Positions 13,759 to 27,181 of a stretch of 64,000 bases of DNA are shown in pieces. The first letter of the stretch is position 1. The number at the start of each line of letters is the position of its first letter. The notes under the pieces are model-generated. The model was not told the origin of the DNA. It ran no database searches and was given only the letters and a program-made list of their open reading frames with translations. Source of the stretch: Sphaerodactylus townsendi (Eukaryota); assembly GCF_021028975.2 (NCBI RefSeq), contig NC_059430.1, positions 31,062,001 through 31,126,000 on the forward strand. Reading direction: 5' to 3'. A program made the position numbers and the translations under genes.

Positions 13759-14310
13759 TGAAGATGTGATTCTGGCCGTGAAAGCCTTCGACAATACAAT
13801 TTATGAATGACTTCCACATTGCATAATCAAGGCTTTTAGAGTGACACAAACATCTTGATAGGTGACTGCCAAACCAGGAAGGAAAAGCAGACCCAATAGA
13901 AGTGGAAAAGACATGCAAGAAACCAATGTGGAGTAAGAAAACTGCAAAATTAACTTTGGAAGGGGAAGAAATCAGAAGCGTAAACAATGGCTATTATATG
14001 GAAAGAAGGGCCTGCGACTCAACATCTTGCAAGCACTGTAATCAGGTACACGATGACCAATATAATGGCTTCTGGGCCTTAATAATTCTGAGGCTGTAGA
14101 AGACATTTCGCTTCAGGTGTACCCTACCTGGATTAACAGCTTGGCCTTGCCAAAAGTCCCTCTTTTACATACCTGTCAGAACCCTGATCTGTGCTGCTGG
14201 TCACTGTCATGGACAACTGCGTCTTACTAGATTTTCTAGCACTGTCATCCATCTTCAAGATACAACAATTTAAGCCAGCAGTACTGAGTTCTAGAAGTGT
14301 AGCAGAATAG

Positions 14311-14372
14311 AGAATAGAATAGAATAGAATAGAATAGAATAGATTAGAATAGAATAGAATAGAATAGAATAG
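14311..14372. repeat. (AGAAT)n microsatellite
   Basis: Pentamer run with one variant unit. Confidence 0.95.
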
Positions 14373-15404
14373 CAGTACTTTGAACTAAAAACACAAGTTC
14401 TAGACTCAAAAGGTAAACTGGAATAAGTGTTGTGGTACTTGGGTCTCAATTTTGCAGACAGACCCTTTTGTAAATAAATAGTTCCTTAAGTACAGAGGGG
14501 CAGACATGCTCCAGTGTTGCCGGCTAGGCTGGCTCCCATTGTGATTGAATGTTGCGATCTTGGGAACTGAATAGTTCACAGGCTGTGGCCTGCGTCTGCA
14601 CAGCTCAAACAGGTCTGTTGTAGAGACGCCACCTCTACACATGCAAAGAAATGTATTCTCACCACCACCACCCTGCCAGTAGCAACATAAACATTCCATT
14701 AAAAACCCTCATGCTTAGCTCATCACATTAAAGCAATATTTTTCAAAACCCACACCCTTACTGGTTCAGTGTGCATCTCTGGGAGTCCTCTAGATTCCTG
14801 CCAATTTGTGTTAATTGATACCTAACCAGAGCATTTTGTGCTTGACCATTCTCACAGTCTTATGGGAGCTGGTGATTTTTTCCCCTGCTTTCCACATCAT
14901 TTAAGAAACAGCTTTTTACAATTTTTGAACTAGAACCATAACACATTGTGCATTGGCAGCTGAGTGATCAATATTCTTTAATGACCTGACTGATTTACCT
15001 ACAGATACAATGAATGCTGACTGAATGCTGACTTAATGAAGTTGACCGATTTACCGACGGATACAAGAGTAGCAAAATGAATGTTATCTACCCAAGCTAC
15101 CTGGGTTGGTGTTTGGATTGGCTTGCAAGCAGCCACAACTGGATTAATGGATTTACAGCTTGACTCAGGTATGGGGAGCTGTGGTTGACCATGATGTGTT
15201 TGCCTAGTAATTGGATTCATCACAAAGTTCTCAGCATGCCTACTCAAATTGTACCTGTTTCCATAATTTAAAAACTTGATTAAAACTTTGCTTTCTGAAT
15301 GCTAAAATAGATGACTGGGAAATTGCCTGTTTTTATGGCTAACTGGCAGCAGTGGGATCTCCTCATAGGTACTGGGGCCATGGTACAGGAGGAGGAAGGA
15401 CTTA

Positions 15405-15865
15405 CAGCCCCATCCAAAGGGGAGACTGAGCCACCAGTGGGGGTGGCATGCTGGAGGATTTGTCCTCCCCGGGGCACTTGCCCCAGCTGATGGGCAAATC
15501 TGCTGGTGTGCAGCCACCGTGGCCCTCCCCAGCAGTGGGATGCAGTAATGGATTCAGTGCCAGTATCCTTGTGCTCCTGTGGCTGCTGCCAGTGTAGTGG
15601 AGGTGGTCTGGGAGCATGGCCAGGGGAGGAACCAACACTAGTTGGCTCCCTCTTAACCATTGCCGCCATTGCACCAGCAGTTCAAGCTTAGAACTTGCCA
15701 CTGAAAAGATGGCATAAGTTCATCAAGCCCAATTGGAGCTTCCCAGCTGCAGGGAGGCTTTTTCACATTTCAACCTCCCCATGCCACTGCAAAGCCTCTG
15801 TGGGGGTGGTGGCCTGCCATGGTCATGGCGTTGCAGTTGGGTGCCTGGCTCCTTGGATGGGGCTA
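15405..15865. mobile_element. Tc1/mariner-type MITE
   Basis: TIRs CAGCCCCATCCAA / TTGGATGGGGCTA, flanked by TA on both sides. Confidence 0.7.
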
Positions 15866-16853
15866 TAAGCCTTTCCCCCAGCGTTCCCTAGCCTGAAATA
15901 AGCTGCTCTTTATCCCAGTGAGTAAATATACTATTTGCCTAAGTATAACCAATATGTCCTCCCCAACATGGCAAATAGCAACTCTGGAGAGGTCAACCTG
16001 AGATCATAAAAAACACTGAGGAAAAGGGTTGAGCTTCTCCTCCGTTGACACATTGATTCTAATCTGGACTCTCCTCCTTGCCATGGTTGCTGCTGACCAA
16101 TAAAAAACTGTTCCATCCATTTAGGGATCACTAGGTATCTCTTCTTTTTTGGGTCACCAATCTTGCTTGATTTCAACCAGAGGTTTTCTCTCCCCCACCC
16201 TCCCAACTTGCATTGCAAACCTACGCATTAGCCTGGAAGTAAGTCATTTTGAACATAGTGGGATTGATTTCCAACTTAAATAGGCATTGGATGGGGTGGT
16301 GAACATATGATGCACCGGAGCAGTGTCTTCTAAAGGAGAACTGCGGTTCTCAGCAGCTTATTACCCACAAGCCTTACATACTGGCGAGCTGTAACCTAAT
16401 CAGCCCACTGGGTTTAATAACTCCTTTGGTAATGGAAGTATTCTATATGCAAACAGGCACCAGCAGTAAGCCTTTCTAGACAAAGTTAATCTCTGATGAT
16501 AGTATTCATGTCGGTAATTCCAGAGTTGTTCTTTTCGGTGGTTGAAGCGGAAAATAGTTATTGTGAAACTATTTAGATAATCAACTAGTAATCTCTGTTA
16601 GTCCCTTAACGCACATTCCAATTGGCCATGAATGAACTAGCAAAGCAAGAACCAGTTAGCCATAAGCTTTCAAAAGTGAACACATCAAATCACCATTGTC
16701 TTAGTAATATAAGCAGCCATATCTATCAAGGGCTTCGGATGCTCCAGCGGAAGCCCCTCCTTATACTGAAGAAGCTGAAACGGCATCCAGTGTTAGCCTA
16801 GGAAGTCCTCTTACCTCAATTACTTCCAGAATCCCTAGTTCAATGACAACTAT

Positions 16854-17225
16854 GGCCCTTTCCACACAAATAGAACGTTTTGGGGAAAGGAATACAACAT
16901 TTCCTTACACGAGTTCTACACTGCTTTCAGCCCAAAGTGATTCAGAAACATTTCATTTCTGCCTTAAACTGTGTTATTTGGATACTGTAAACCAGTGATC
17001 TTTTCTCCAATAATAATTCCTACTTGCTGTGTGGAGATCAGGAAATTTTGAAGCTCTCACTTTTGTTTCTCTGCCACTCGCTATTTTTTGCTGCTCCAGT
17101 GATCACTGTGCTGTCAGCCGCTTTATTTTTCTAGGTTATGCAGGGAAAGCCACAAAAACATTTTTTCCCCAAAACATTTCCAAAATGTTTGGCAAATGTT
17201 TTAAATGGTTTGTATGGAAAAAGCC
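16854..17225. mobile_element. Harbinger-type MITE
   Basis: TIRs GGCCCTTTCCACACAAA / TTTGTATGGAAAAAGCC; exact TSD TAT. Confidence 0.8.
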
Positions 17226-17534
17226 TATCAGTGTGAGGTTTCAACTCAGCGTTTTTCTCTATGGTCTTTTCCACACAGTAGAACTATAGCGTCTTGAAGA
17301 GACATTATAGAAAGCATTTTGGGGAAGAAGTTTGCACACAGCTCTCTCCCACAAAGCATTTTCAGGACATTTTATTTCTGTCAATCCAGGTTTTTCAAAA
17401 AATCACTCAACTAGAGACCTTTCCCCCCCAACCTGGATTGAAGATGTCTCCTGCTTGCTAAGCGAACAAAATCAGGCAGGAGATGCTTTATTTCTTCTGC
17501 CTTCTTCTCCCCAGCTCTTACCTTCATTTTTGCT

Positions 17535-17990
17535 TCAGTTGTGCCTGCCATTTTGTGTGCTACAACAGAGATTTTCCATTAAGGTTCCCCTTGGAGGTTC
17601 CCTCTGCTTGCAGCTCATCCTCACACAATTTCCATGTAAAAAGTAGGTGAATAAAGTTTGTTTTGCTTGGCAATCCTGTGCACATATCGTTTTTCTTTTT
17701 TTGTTTTGTTTTGAGGGGGATGTCTGCGAAGCTATGTATACATGATTAGAGAAACTGCAATATGCACATATTTGTGTCATCGTAGCTTTGCAGACAGCTC
17801 CCTAAAAGCAACAAAAAAGGGAAAATGACACGTGCACAAGATCTCCAGGCAAAACAAACTTTATCCACCTGCTTTTTACACAGAAATCTCATGCGGATGA
17901 GCTGCAAGCAGAAGAAACCTCCCTGGAAAACCTGCACCAAATGGCGGAAGCACAGTCGTCTCTGCTGCAGCACACAGCATGGGTACAACT
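17535..17990. repeat. Long diverged inverted repeat (foldback element)
   Basis: Arms of about 200 bp, e.g. CTGCTTGCAGCTCATCC / GGATGAGCTGCAAGCAG and ATAAAGTTTGTTTTGC / GCAAAACAAACTTTAT, around a short spacer. Confidence 0.85.
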
Positions 17991-18022
17991 ACAGACAAGA
18001 AATCCACAGAAAAAATGTACAG

Positions 18023-18233
18023 NNNNNNNNNNNNNNNNNNNNNNNNNNNNNNNNNNNNNNNNNNNNNNNNNNNNNNNNNNNNNNNNNNNNNNNNNNNNNN
18101 NNNNNNNNNNNNNNNNNNNNNNNNNNNNNNNNNNNNNNNNNNNNNNNNNNNNNNNNNNNNNNNNNNNNNNNNNNNNNNNNNNNNNNNNNNNNNNNNNNNN
18201 NNNNNNNNNNNNNNNNNNNNNNNNNNNNNNNNN
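18023..18233. other. Assembly gap
   Basis: Run of N. Confidence 1.
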
Positions 18234-18939
18234 AAAATTCCATGTCTGATATTTGGTTTTCTGTTCTCAGCTCAGTGGATACCAGGTGCCAGCAAATGGC
18301 AAGTGTAGCCCTCCCCAGTACTGATTGTAACCAGCTGACAGCCACTTCACGGGTGTCCTAACAACCTGCTAATTAATTTATTGATTTCAGCTGTAACAAT
18401 GGGGGGGGGGAGGTTCTTCTGCTTCCAGAAACCTGTCTAAAGGCCTGCTTGCAGAAACCTGTCTTCTGATTGGTTGAAGGTCATAAAATCAGTAACCTAT
18501 GTTTCCTCTAAATGTAGACTATTTTTTTACAGGTATCACCTTTACCCTTTTACTTTCCCTCTTACCTTTACATGCTGTGTTTGCCTCTAATATGTTATTT
18601 TGCCATTACATCTATTTTGGGTTACACAGCTTGACTTTGAACTGAATTTGCCAGTGCTTCAAGAACTTAACATCTGTATTGTAAAAATCTTCCTAGATGT
18701 ATTTAGGAAGTTAATTTTCGTACTTTGAACCCCCATTGGAGCTGTATTGCTTGTAAACTTAATTCATTTTCACGACAATAAAGTCTATTCAGTTTTATGG
18801 TGTCGTCCTATTGTGAGCCGACTTGTTCTGACCGAGGGTAATCTTGGTAATGTTATCAAAGGAGGGTCTCTTGTTCCAGGGTCTTGGGTTTAAGACAGGG
18901 AAACAAGTCTCTCAGAACAAGGCAGGTACCCTTGAGACA
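18234..18939 (+). mobile_element. Probable solo LTR, 5' end lost in the gap
   Basis: ATTGG box, CATAAAA, AATAAA at about 18777 and terminal ..GAGACA in LTR order. TSD cannot be tested. Confidence 0.45.
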
Positions 18940-19039
18940 TGTAGACAAAATGCACAAAACAGAGTACATAAAATACATTTAACATTTTCAAAATACAAAA
19001 CCCCAATTTAGGACTTTCAATAAATTAATCAAATGTGGT

Positions 19040-19690
19040 CTGAAATAAAACCAACTGCCCCTTAAAGACTGAAATTGAGGGGACTAGTGCACCTTTCTAG
19101 GGATGCTGTTGAATTATGGGGTTGCCACCAGAAAGGCCTTCTTGAATGTACCCACCAGGCAGACTTCTTTGATTGACTGGACAGTCAAGAGGGTGACTCC
19201 CACTGATCTTAATCCCAGGGCTGGAACATATGGGAGAAGGTGGTCCTTCAGATACCCTAGTCCCCAGCCACGTAGGGCTTTAAATGGCATAACCAACTCT
19301 TTGAAGTGGCCAGTTGTAGTAGGTTTTCTAGGCAGTGTGGCTCTGGTCATGCAGGTTTTGCTCCTAACGTTTTGCTCCTAACATTTCACTCACATCTATT
19401 GCTGGCCTGTGTAAGAACATCTAAGTGTGGCCTGCCTCTGAAAATGCCAGCCATAGATGTAGGCAAAACATTAGGAACAAAAATACCAGACCATGGCCAC
19501 AGAGCTGAGAAATCCTACAATAGCCAGTTGATTCCTGCCATGAAAACCTACAATATTTTGAATCGGGTTTGATATAATTGCTGTGGTAGCTAGGTTGCAC
19601 ACTTCAGATAGCTGGCCCAACCAACCAGCAGTGTTGTACACTAGCTGCAGCTTCTGAACAATCTTCAAGGGTAACCCAAAGTAGAGCACT
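19040..19690 (-). mobile_element. L2 LINE fragment interrupted by Penelope pLTRs
   Basis: Translations LYFGLPLKIVQKLQLVYNTAG and FKALRGWGLGYLKDHLLPYVP. Confidence 0.85.
19311..19556. mobile_element. Inverted pair of degraded Penelope pLTRs
   Basis: Similar to the 13.3 kb pLTR in both orientations; hammerhead core mutated (CTGAAAA, CAAAAC). Confidence 0.75.
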
Positions 19691-19834
19691 TATGGTTTTA
19701 GCATGTTGTCATGTGCTGGAAGCCACCCTGAGTCCTTCAGGAGAAGGGCAGCATACAAATGGAATAAAATAAATAAATATAATTTAATATAATTTAATAT
19801 AATTACCCTACCTTTCCAGAGGCTCCACCAGTGT

Positions 19835-20095
19835 CATGTAGCGGCTAAGAGTAGTGGACTCTAATCTGGAGAACCAAGTTGGACTCCCCACTCCTCCACA
19901 TGGGCAGTGGACTCGGGTGAACCAGATTTGTTTCCTGCTCCTACACCTTGGGCTAGTCCCAGTCCTCTCAGAACTCTTTCAGCCCCACCTCCCTCACAAG
20001 ATGTCTGTTTTGGGGAGAGGAAAAGAAGGCATTTGTAAGGTGCCTGGAGGGAAAGGAGGGAAAGGCAGGGTATGAATCCAAAAAACTCTACTTCT
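19835..20095 (+). mobile_element. tRNA-derived squamate SINE (Squam3-like), older copy
   Basis: A-box-like head, CTCTAATCTGGAGAACC body and tail shared with 52781-53088. Confidence 0.8.
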
Positions 20096-22648
20096 TCACC
20101 CTCAAAATCTCCAGCAATTTCTAAACCTGGATTTGGCAACCCTATTTCCTTTGCGAGTGGAGGGTGAGGTTGGGACAAACAGAAACATGTGTGCTTAAAA
20201 AAATGAGCTGTGTGTGCTCTGTCTTTATTGAGAAGAGATTCAGTTTGGAAAGCTGCAAAAGGAGAGTGCAAACTTTGGTCATTGCCAGCCCTTGTTTAGA
20301 TGGCCCTCCTATTGCGGCTCTAGTTATGCCAAACACGCTTGTTCTTTTCAGCTCAGGCCGCATTCCTTTCCTCTCTTCCCAGCACCAGCCTCTGCTCTTA
20401 GGCTAGCAAGTGTTATTTATTGAAAAACGATAAAGAACTCCTCCTGTCTAAACCCAGGCACTGCTGGAAGATCATAAACACATGCTAAAGTTAGCTCGAG
20501 CTGATAGCCACCAAGAGGAAAAACATCCACCTCCACTCACTGCTGCCGTTAAAGACCCTGGCCCCTTCACCCCTCTCCTTCCCATTTGGGATAGCCTGGG
20601 AAAATTGACAAGCTAGTGCTGGAATGTTGTTAAGGCCGCCAACAAATGCTACCGCTTGCAGACAAGGAAGGGTTTTTCTTTGCTCTCCAGTTTTTAAAAA
20701 AGGAAACTTTTTGGAGCAATCAAGCTGTTGGCATCTTGATTAGGGATGCTTAGAAACTTCGGGGAGAAAGTTCTAGCCTGTTCTGTTGCTAAATGCTGGG
20801 TTTCTGTGCCCTCGCCCCCCAACTGCTTTGAAATTTGGTTACTTTCATGTTTTCTCCCATTGTTAATGCTTACTGAACATTTTCTTTGAACATACCACCA
20901 TGTGAATTTCCCCACTGGCATCTCTGGCAGTGGGGGTTGGTTCAGATTTCACTGCATTTCACTGCATGCTGTAGTTTGAAAGCTATGCAAATGTTCCTTT
21001 ATTTTTATTTGAGTTACATAGGGTTGCCCCGTCTCCAGCCATACCCTGACGATCGATCTCCCAGACAACAATGATCAGCTCCCTTGGAGAAAATGACTAT
21101 TTTGGAAGGCAATATACTCCAAAGAGTTTCCTCTCCTTACCAAACCCTCTTCTCCTCAGGCACCTCCCACAAATCTCCAGGCATTCACCAGCTTGGTGAA
21201 TGCAACTCTATGCAACTCTATGCAATGCCCTTTCTGCAAAGAACAGCTTTTCTGGGAACAGGCTCCCATTTGGTCAGCTGGCAGAGCCGATACCTTCCAA
21301 AGTATAAAAATGCAACATACACTTTGTTGCAAAGAAGGACAAGACTCTGCAGGGTTTACCATGGACGAGGCGTCCCTGCCAAGCATGACTCCCTCCCGAC
21401 TCACCCCTTCCATTACTCCTGCCCCCTTCATCCCTGGATCAGGCGAGGTCCTCAACTGATAGCCACCATTCTGGTTCTAGGACTTTTGTCCCGTGCTGTT
21501 ATAGTGTCCCTGTATTAACTTTGCCCCATTTTTATAACTGCTCTCTTTTTAACTTTGCTATAGTATTCATTTAACTTGTTTAACCTTTGTTTCTTGTTGC
21601 TTTGCCTGGGTCTTTCATGCCTCTGTAGGCCATACAATGGGCCAAATTCTCTGTGAAGGGGGAGTTAACTGCAGGGCAGTGAGGGTAAAGCCCTAGATTA
21701 AGTGCCCATTCCCATCTTCCTGCATTTCTGTGTTTTCCATTTTTCCTTGTCAACATGTATAACAAAAGCTCACAATACTTCCAGTTCAAATAATCATAGG
21801 AGAGTCCATTTTTCTTTTTCATACTTATCTCTTAATGTTTTTGTTTTTCTGAAAAATCTGCTGAGGGGATCCAGATCTGGCCAGAGCAGTGGAACTGTAA
21901 GACAGGGTTTTTATTTGTTGGTTACTTATTTCCCTTCACTTATATCCCACATTTCTCTCCAGTGGGGACCCAAATTGTCTAACATCGTTCTCCTCTCCTC
22001 CAACTTATCCTCACAGCAACCCTGTCATAAGGCCATCAGGTTCCTGCTGCCAGCGGGAACCCTCCTGCCCCCCACCAGCCCTTTCCAATAACCCTCACCT
22101 TGGCAGGTGAAAAATGGGAAGGGAATGGGGGCTGACAGGAGTCACTGGCAAGTGCTCTAGCATTCAGCCAAAACTCTATGGTTACACCTCAGTTTTGGCC
22201 AAATGCTAGTGAATCACTTGGGATATCACAATGTTGTCAGCGAGCCCCCTCTTCAGCTGTTGATTCTGGAAACCCTATATGAAGTAGGTTAAGTTAAGGG
22301 CCAAACTAGTTGAGATGGTTTATCCAGGGGATGTACTGTGCTGTTAAGACATGAATTCCTAGCCAGAAACTCCCTTAAACTGTGCCACAGGGTCCCAATT
22401 CTAGTTGGGGCCACAATAGCATGGGGGAGGAGGAGATTCTGCCTTCTCCTGCACCATGCTGGTCCTGACCCTCTGTACCATTTTGATACAGAAAAACAGT
22501 ATGTGTCTGTGGAGGGGACAAGATCCCATCCTCGCCCGACCTTCCACACCACAGTGGTCCCAACAAGAACCGAGCCCCAATAGCATAATTTAAATGACTT
22601 CCTGCCAAGTTTGGCCCTGAGAGAACGTGAGCAGTCCAAGGTCACCCA

Positions 22649-22914
22649 GCTGTGACGTAGGAGGCTAAGAGCTCGTGTATCTAATCTGGAGGAACCGGGT
22701 TTGATTCCCAGCTCTGCCGCCTGAGCTGTGGAGGCTTATCTGGGGAATTCAAATTAGCCCATGCACTCCCACACACGCCAGCTGGGTGACCTTGGGCTAG
22801 TCACAGCTTCTTGGAGCTCTCTCAGCCCCACCTACCTCACAGGGTGTTTGTTGTGAGGGGGGAAGGGCAAGGAGCTTGTAAGCCCCTTTGAGTCTTCTGC
22901 AGGAGAGAAAGGGG
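22649..22914 (+). mobile_element. Young tRNA-derived SINE running into the gap
   Basis: Near-identical to 52781-53050. Confidence 0.9.
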
Positions 22915-23067
22915 NNNNNNNNNNNNNNNNNNNNNNNNNNNNNNNNNNNNNNNNNNNNNNNNNNNNNNNNNNNNNNNNNNNNNNNNNNNNNNNNNNNNNN
23001 NNNNNNNNNNNNNNNNNNNNNNNNNNNNNNNNNNNNNNNNNNNNNNNNNNNNNNNNNNNNNNNNNNN
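22915..23067. other. Assembly gap
   Basis: Run of N. Confidence 1.
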
Positions 23068-24681
23068 ATTCAAACCTGGTTCTGATACTAGTGTGAAACT
23101 CTAACCACTATACCACACTGGCTCTTCCCCTGTGTACATAGTTTATCCCCCTATGGAGGTACACAGGAGAAACCACAATTTGGTTGGAGAAGAAATGTGT
23201 GTGTATGCTTTTGTGCCTTTAGTCTTCATTAATGTTATGTAAAATTCTGTAACTCCATGATAGAAATGATGCATTGTATGTTCGCCAGTTCTTGCTACTT
23301 TTTGACTGATTTGTTAAAATTTTTATTCACATGCTAAATTGTAACATCCTGTATTGTGACTAAGGGATGTAATTATCTTTTGTCAGCCTGTTCTGATGGC
23401 TGTTATGAAAAAATTAAAATAAAGAGTTTTAGAAGGTTAGAAATTTGGCATATGTGGAGAGAGCTAACACCCCCTTCCCCTTCCCGGTCACTGCCACCAC
23501 ATCTCTGATCAAATTCATAGTTCTGACTACTGCTAAGTAAAAATCAAAATGTCAGGAGGTCCAATCCTGCATCTCCTGCTTAACATGTTTTATGACCTTT
23601 ACTCTCTCTTTTGTAACATACATCTCTTTTATTTTAACATCTCCCTTTGCGTATTTTACTTGTTCTTTTGCAATCTAATTTTATATTTTCATTAAAGGAT
23701 ATCCCAAGGGCACAATATCCCCGTGGTTCCCATGGAGCTCTGTACCTCAGACTGATAAAAGGATCTACTGTTTTCCTTGGCCTTCAAATAGAGCTTGCTT
23801 GATTTTGCACCAGGCCCTGAGACATCTTTGAAAAGCATGCCTGCAAAACTGAACTCTAATAGGAAGTGTTGCTTAAATCAGCAGGCTTTCTAACCTCCTC
23901 CAGTATCACCAGATCAATTCCTTATGACTTCCTGTGCATGTGGTTCAGGGATGGAAAATCCAATAACCAATTTATTAACATCAGGTTAAATGTGTTGCAT
24001 TTATCTTGGCATAGGAATTAACTTGAGCATGCATAGAGGAATCAATTCAGCCAGTAATACAAGGGAAACCCTTAACTTTGGGGAGAGAGCAGGACCCATG
24101 CCTTCAACACAAAGACCTTTCTGTGGGTGTATATTTATAGTCCTGGATTGTTTCCTTTGCTCTTCAAACAAGTGATCAACTGGTCAGAGATAATAGCATT
24201 TGTACGTTCTAAACTTCTGGGCATTATCATCTTTGCATGCATGCAACAGTCCAGATGAGCAAGCCATGTGTGGAAGCTTGAAACTATCATCCCTTAAAAA
24301 AAGCTCCCTGCCCGAAACAAACTAGCACCTCAGGGAGAAGGCCTGATACATCTTTCTTTTGGATGTCCAGATTTAGGCATTCTTTTCAATAAATGTGACC
24401 AGCTGCACAATCCTAAAGAGAGTTGCTCCAGCCTAAGTTGGCTTAGACTGTAGTAACTCTGCATAGGACTGCACTGCAGGACAGCAACTTTGCACAGGAA
24501 GCTGTGTTTTGCCTGTGTTTTGCATACATTGATTGTATGAACTGTATCCTCATTATTTTTCTCCTGCTTGATCTTCAATGCAAACTCCGCTTTGGCCCCC
24601 ATAACATACACAGATACCTTTTAAAGTGATTGGAAACATACTGACATGTCCACCCTACCCGTACCCCACAAAGGTCTAGTG

Positions 24682-24807
24682 CAGGGGTCTGCAACCTGTG
24701 GCTCTCCAGATGTTCACGGACCACAAATCCCATCAGGCCATGCTGGCAGGGGCTGATGGGATTTGTAGTCCATGAACATCTGGAGAGCCACAGGTTGCAG
24801 ACCCCTA
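24682..24807. mobile_element. Palindromic hAT MITE
   Basis: CAGGGGTCTGCAACCTGTGGCTCTCCAGATGTTCA with its reverse complement; related to 3687-3832. Confidence 0.85.
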
Positions 24808-26756
24808 TCGGAAAAGATCTCCTGTTTGTAATGGATCTTAATGACAACTGCTACCTGTGCATAATCAGGAAGAAAAGATAGATGCAAAACCAACCACTTC
24901 CAGAATATTAACAAAACCCAGTTGCTTAGAAAAATCTTCTCCTACCTGCTTTTGTTGCATTTGAAGGCAGCAACTTTTTAACACCTCAGCCTTGTTAAGA
25001 ACCCTACATTCAAAGTAAAGATAAATGGCATCTGCATTTTTTTTTAAAAAAAACACAGTTCTCTGATATTTTTCAAAGCAGGTATAACTCCACTCCCCCC
25101 ATCTGGCTAAACTTCTGTGCTAGAGTTTCAGTTTCTCTGTAGATTTGTGCTGAAGCTTACGCATAACAGAGAAGGTCTTCAACCAGCTGACACAAAGGTA
25201 GTTGTTTTGAGTCCTTTTGAATTCTATTACTCGCTGCAGTAGGTTGTTTATATAATAGTAGATGTTGTTTTTACTCCCAACGGGTCTTGGATGTTGAGCC
25301 AAGACACAACATAAGAGATAAGTGAGTGGATATATAATTCCCCACCCTCGAGCTAATTTGTGAGGTTGGAACATCATTTACATTTGCAAAATAAATATTT
25401 AAAAGGGCATACCACTGAAATTGAAACAAAGAATCTCTCTTTCCACACTCCCAAATCAATTAGTCTGGGATCCCTGGCATGCAGATGGTGTCTCTCTTGA
25501 AGTCCTTTAATATTTTACTTCATCCATGAGAAAAAACTTGCCGCTGTTCTTTTTTTAAATACCCCATAAAAAACCTATAAACTATGCCATCACCTATTGT
25601 CTACTCAGCAGATGGGGAAAACAATGTCAACAGAATTTGGGGGAGTGGGGGGTAGGTTACTGGGTGTGTATGTGGGGGGGGGGTACATTGCACGGATCAT
25701 ATAATGCCATGAACACATAATTTTTTTAGCCACTTCCTGGCTTTCTCACATCTTTAATGTTTAAGGGTTTTGCATTTCTTCTTCTTCTTTTCTTTTAACT
25801 AATATGATTTCTGGTTTTCCAAACAAAAATGCATAAAAGGACACCCAAGGAGCAGTTTAATCACCATGCGAGGCTGGTTAGCTGCATTTTGTCCTCCAAT
25901 GGAGCAACTATTATTAAGCAAATGAGACACTGGTGCATTTTTCCATTTGAAAAGCTGCCATTCACCTTGGTGGTCACAACACAGAGTGAGGCCTTAACTG
26001 ATAATGGTTAAGGTCAAATGGGCAAACACACAAAGCAGATGTTTTATTTATTCCTTTAATTTTAAAGGGGGAAAATGAATTTTCTACCTTTGTCATGATC
26101 ACATCAAGCCTCATGGAAAGATGATAATAGAAATTTGAGAAGCCTCTAAGAACAGGAAGCAAGCATTTAGGGTTTTTTTAAATGTAAAGGAGGTCTCACC
26201 CCAAAATTTATGGCAAATTAACGAAAGTGAAAGTAAACAGATCCATCAACTTTATATGCAGTCTATCTGAATCAGTTTCAATAAACAGCAGCAGCAAGTG
26301 GTAAATTAAATGATACATTCCTTGCTTAGGAGTTTGTGATTTTTAGGGTTCATTTTTTATTGCACATTCTGTTTACTGTATGCATGAAGCCATAACCCGT
26401 ACCAGTGAATCAGCTACCACAGATTCTCCAACAGAATAATACTTAAAAAAAAGATTCTTGACAGTGTACCCTTGCTGATTGCAGAGGATCCATTCTTGGG
26501 ATAACAGTGAATGGTGAAATCCAGGAAATCTCTTAGCCAGCTTGTCTGCTGCCTCTCATTAGCAAAAAACCCCTACATTTCCACCCAATATCATCATGTA
26601 ATGATCAGCATCCCTGATAAGGAGGGGGGGGGGATTTCCACGTGCACAAGACCAGCATTCTCATACCTGCTCTCCCTTTCTGTGATTAAACAAACATGCG
26701 GCGGAGTCATGTGCTCAAGTAGTATGGCTGCAGACTGCGAGTAAGTGAAATTTACA

Positions 26757-27181
26757 CCACAATCCAAATGGAGGGGGAGGGGGCTGATCCGCTGTGGCTG
26801 GAGATGGTGCAGCGTGGCAAGCAGCAGGGCAACTCCTCTGTGCGCTGCCTCCCAGAACGCTCCATAGGAAACAATGATAAGTCATCGACCTGCACCAGGG
26901 GCATTCCAGTGGAAGCTGAATTAGGTCAGCTCGACACCCAGGAATGCCCCTAATGTGCCCCCAGGTGCACAAGTGTCCAGGGTGAGGTTAGTGTAGCTCT
27001 GGGGCAAGAGGTCGCTTCCAGGTTGGGTACCTCAGAACTCTCCAGAGCCTGCCCGTCTCCCTGTTTGTTCTGCCTGCTGGCATAAGTGCCACTTACACCG
27101 GTGGGGTAAGGAAACATGCCACCGCAACCCTGCGCCAGTTTTAAGAACTGCTTCTCCCCCCCCCTTCTTGGGATTGGGCTG
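26757..27181. mobile_element. Tc1/mariner-type MITE
   Basis: Ends CCACAATCC / GGATTGGGCTG with subterminal G/C tracts; resembles 15405-15865. Confidence 0.5.

Larger units (their letters stand above)
13305..13796 (-). mobile_element. Penelope-like (Poseidon-type) element: tandem pLTRs, ORF N-terminal fragment and inverted end
   Basis: Direct repeat 13306-13397 / 13668-13759; inverted copy of 13631-13663 at about 13766-13798; ORF piece KLEKLRLRKAHLLCSLTFLLRCSDTGTIPSFL; 13-bp TSD CAATTTATGAATG. Confidence 0.9.

Noticed and set aside
17825-18361. ORFs spanning N runs, also 22837-23085
   Set aside because: Artefacts of translating through assembly gaps.
19430-19480. Additional hammerhead ribozymes at about 19435 and 43175
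   Set aside because: Core nucleotides are mutated (GAAA lost), so they are probably inactive.
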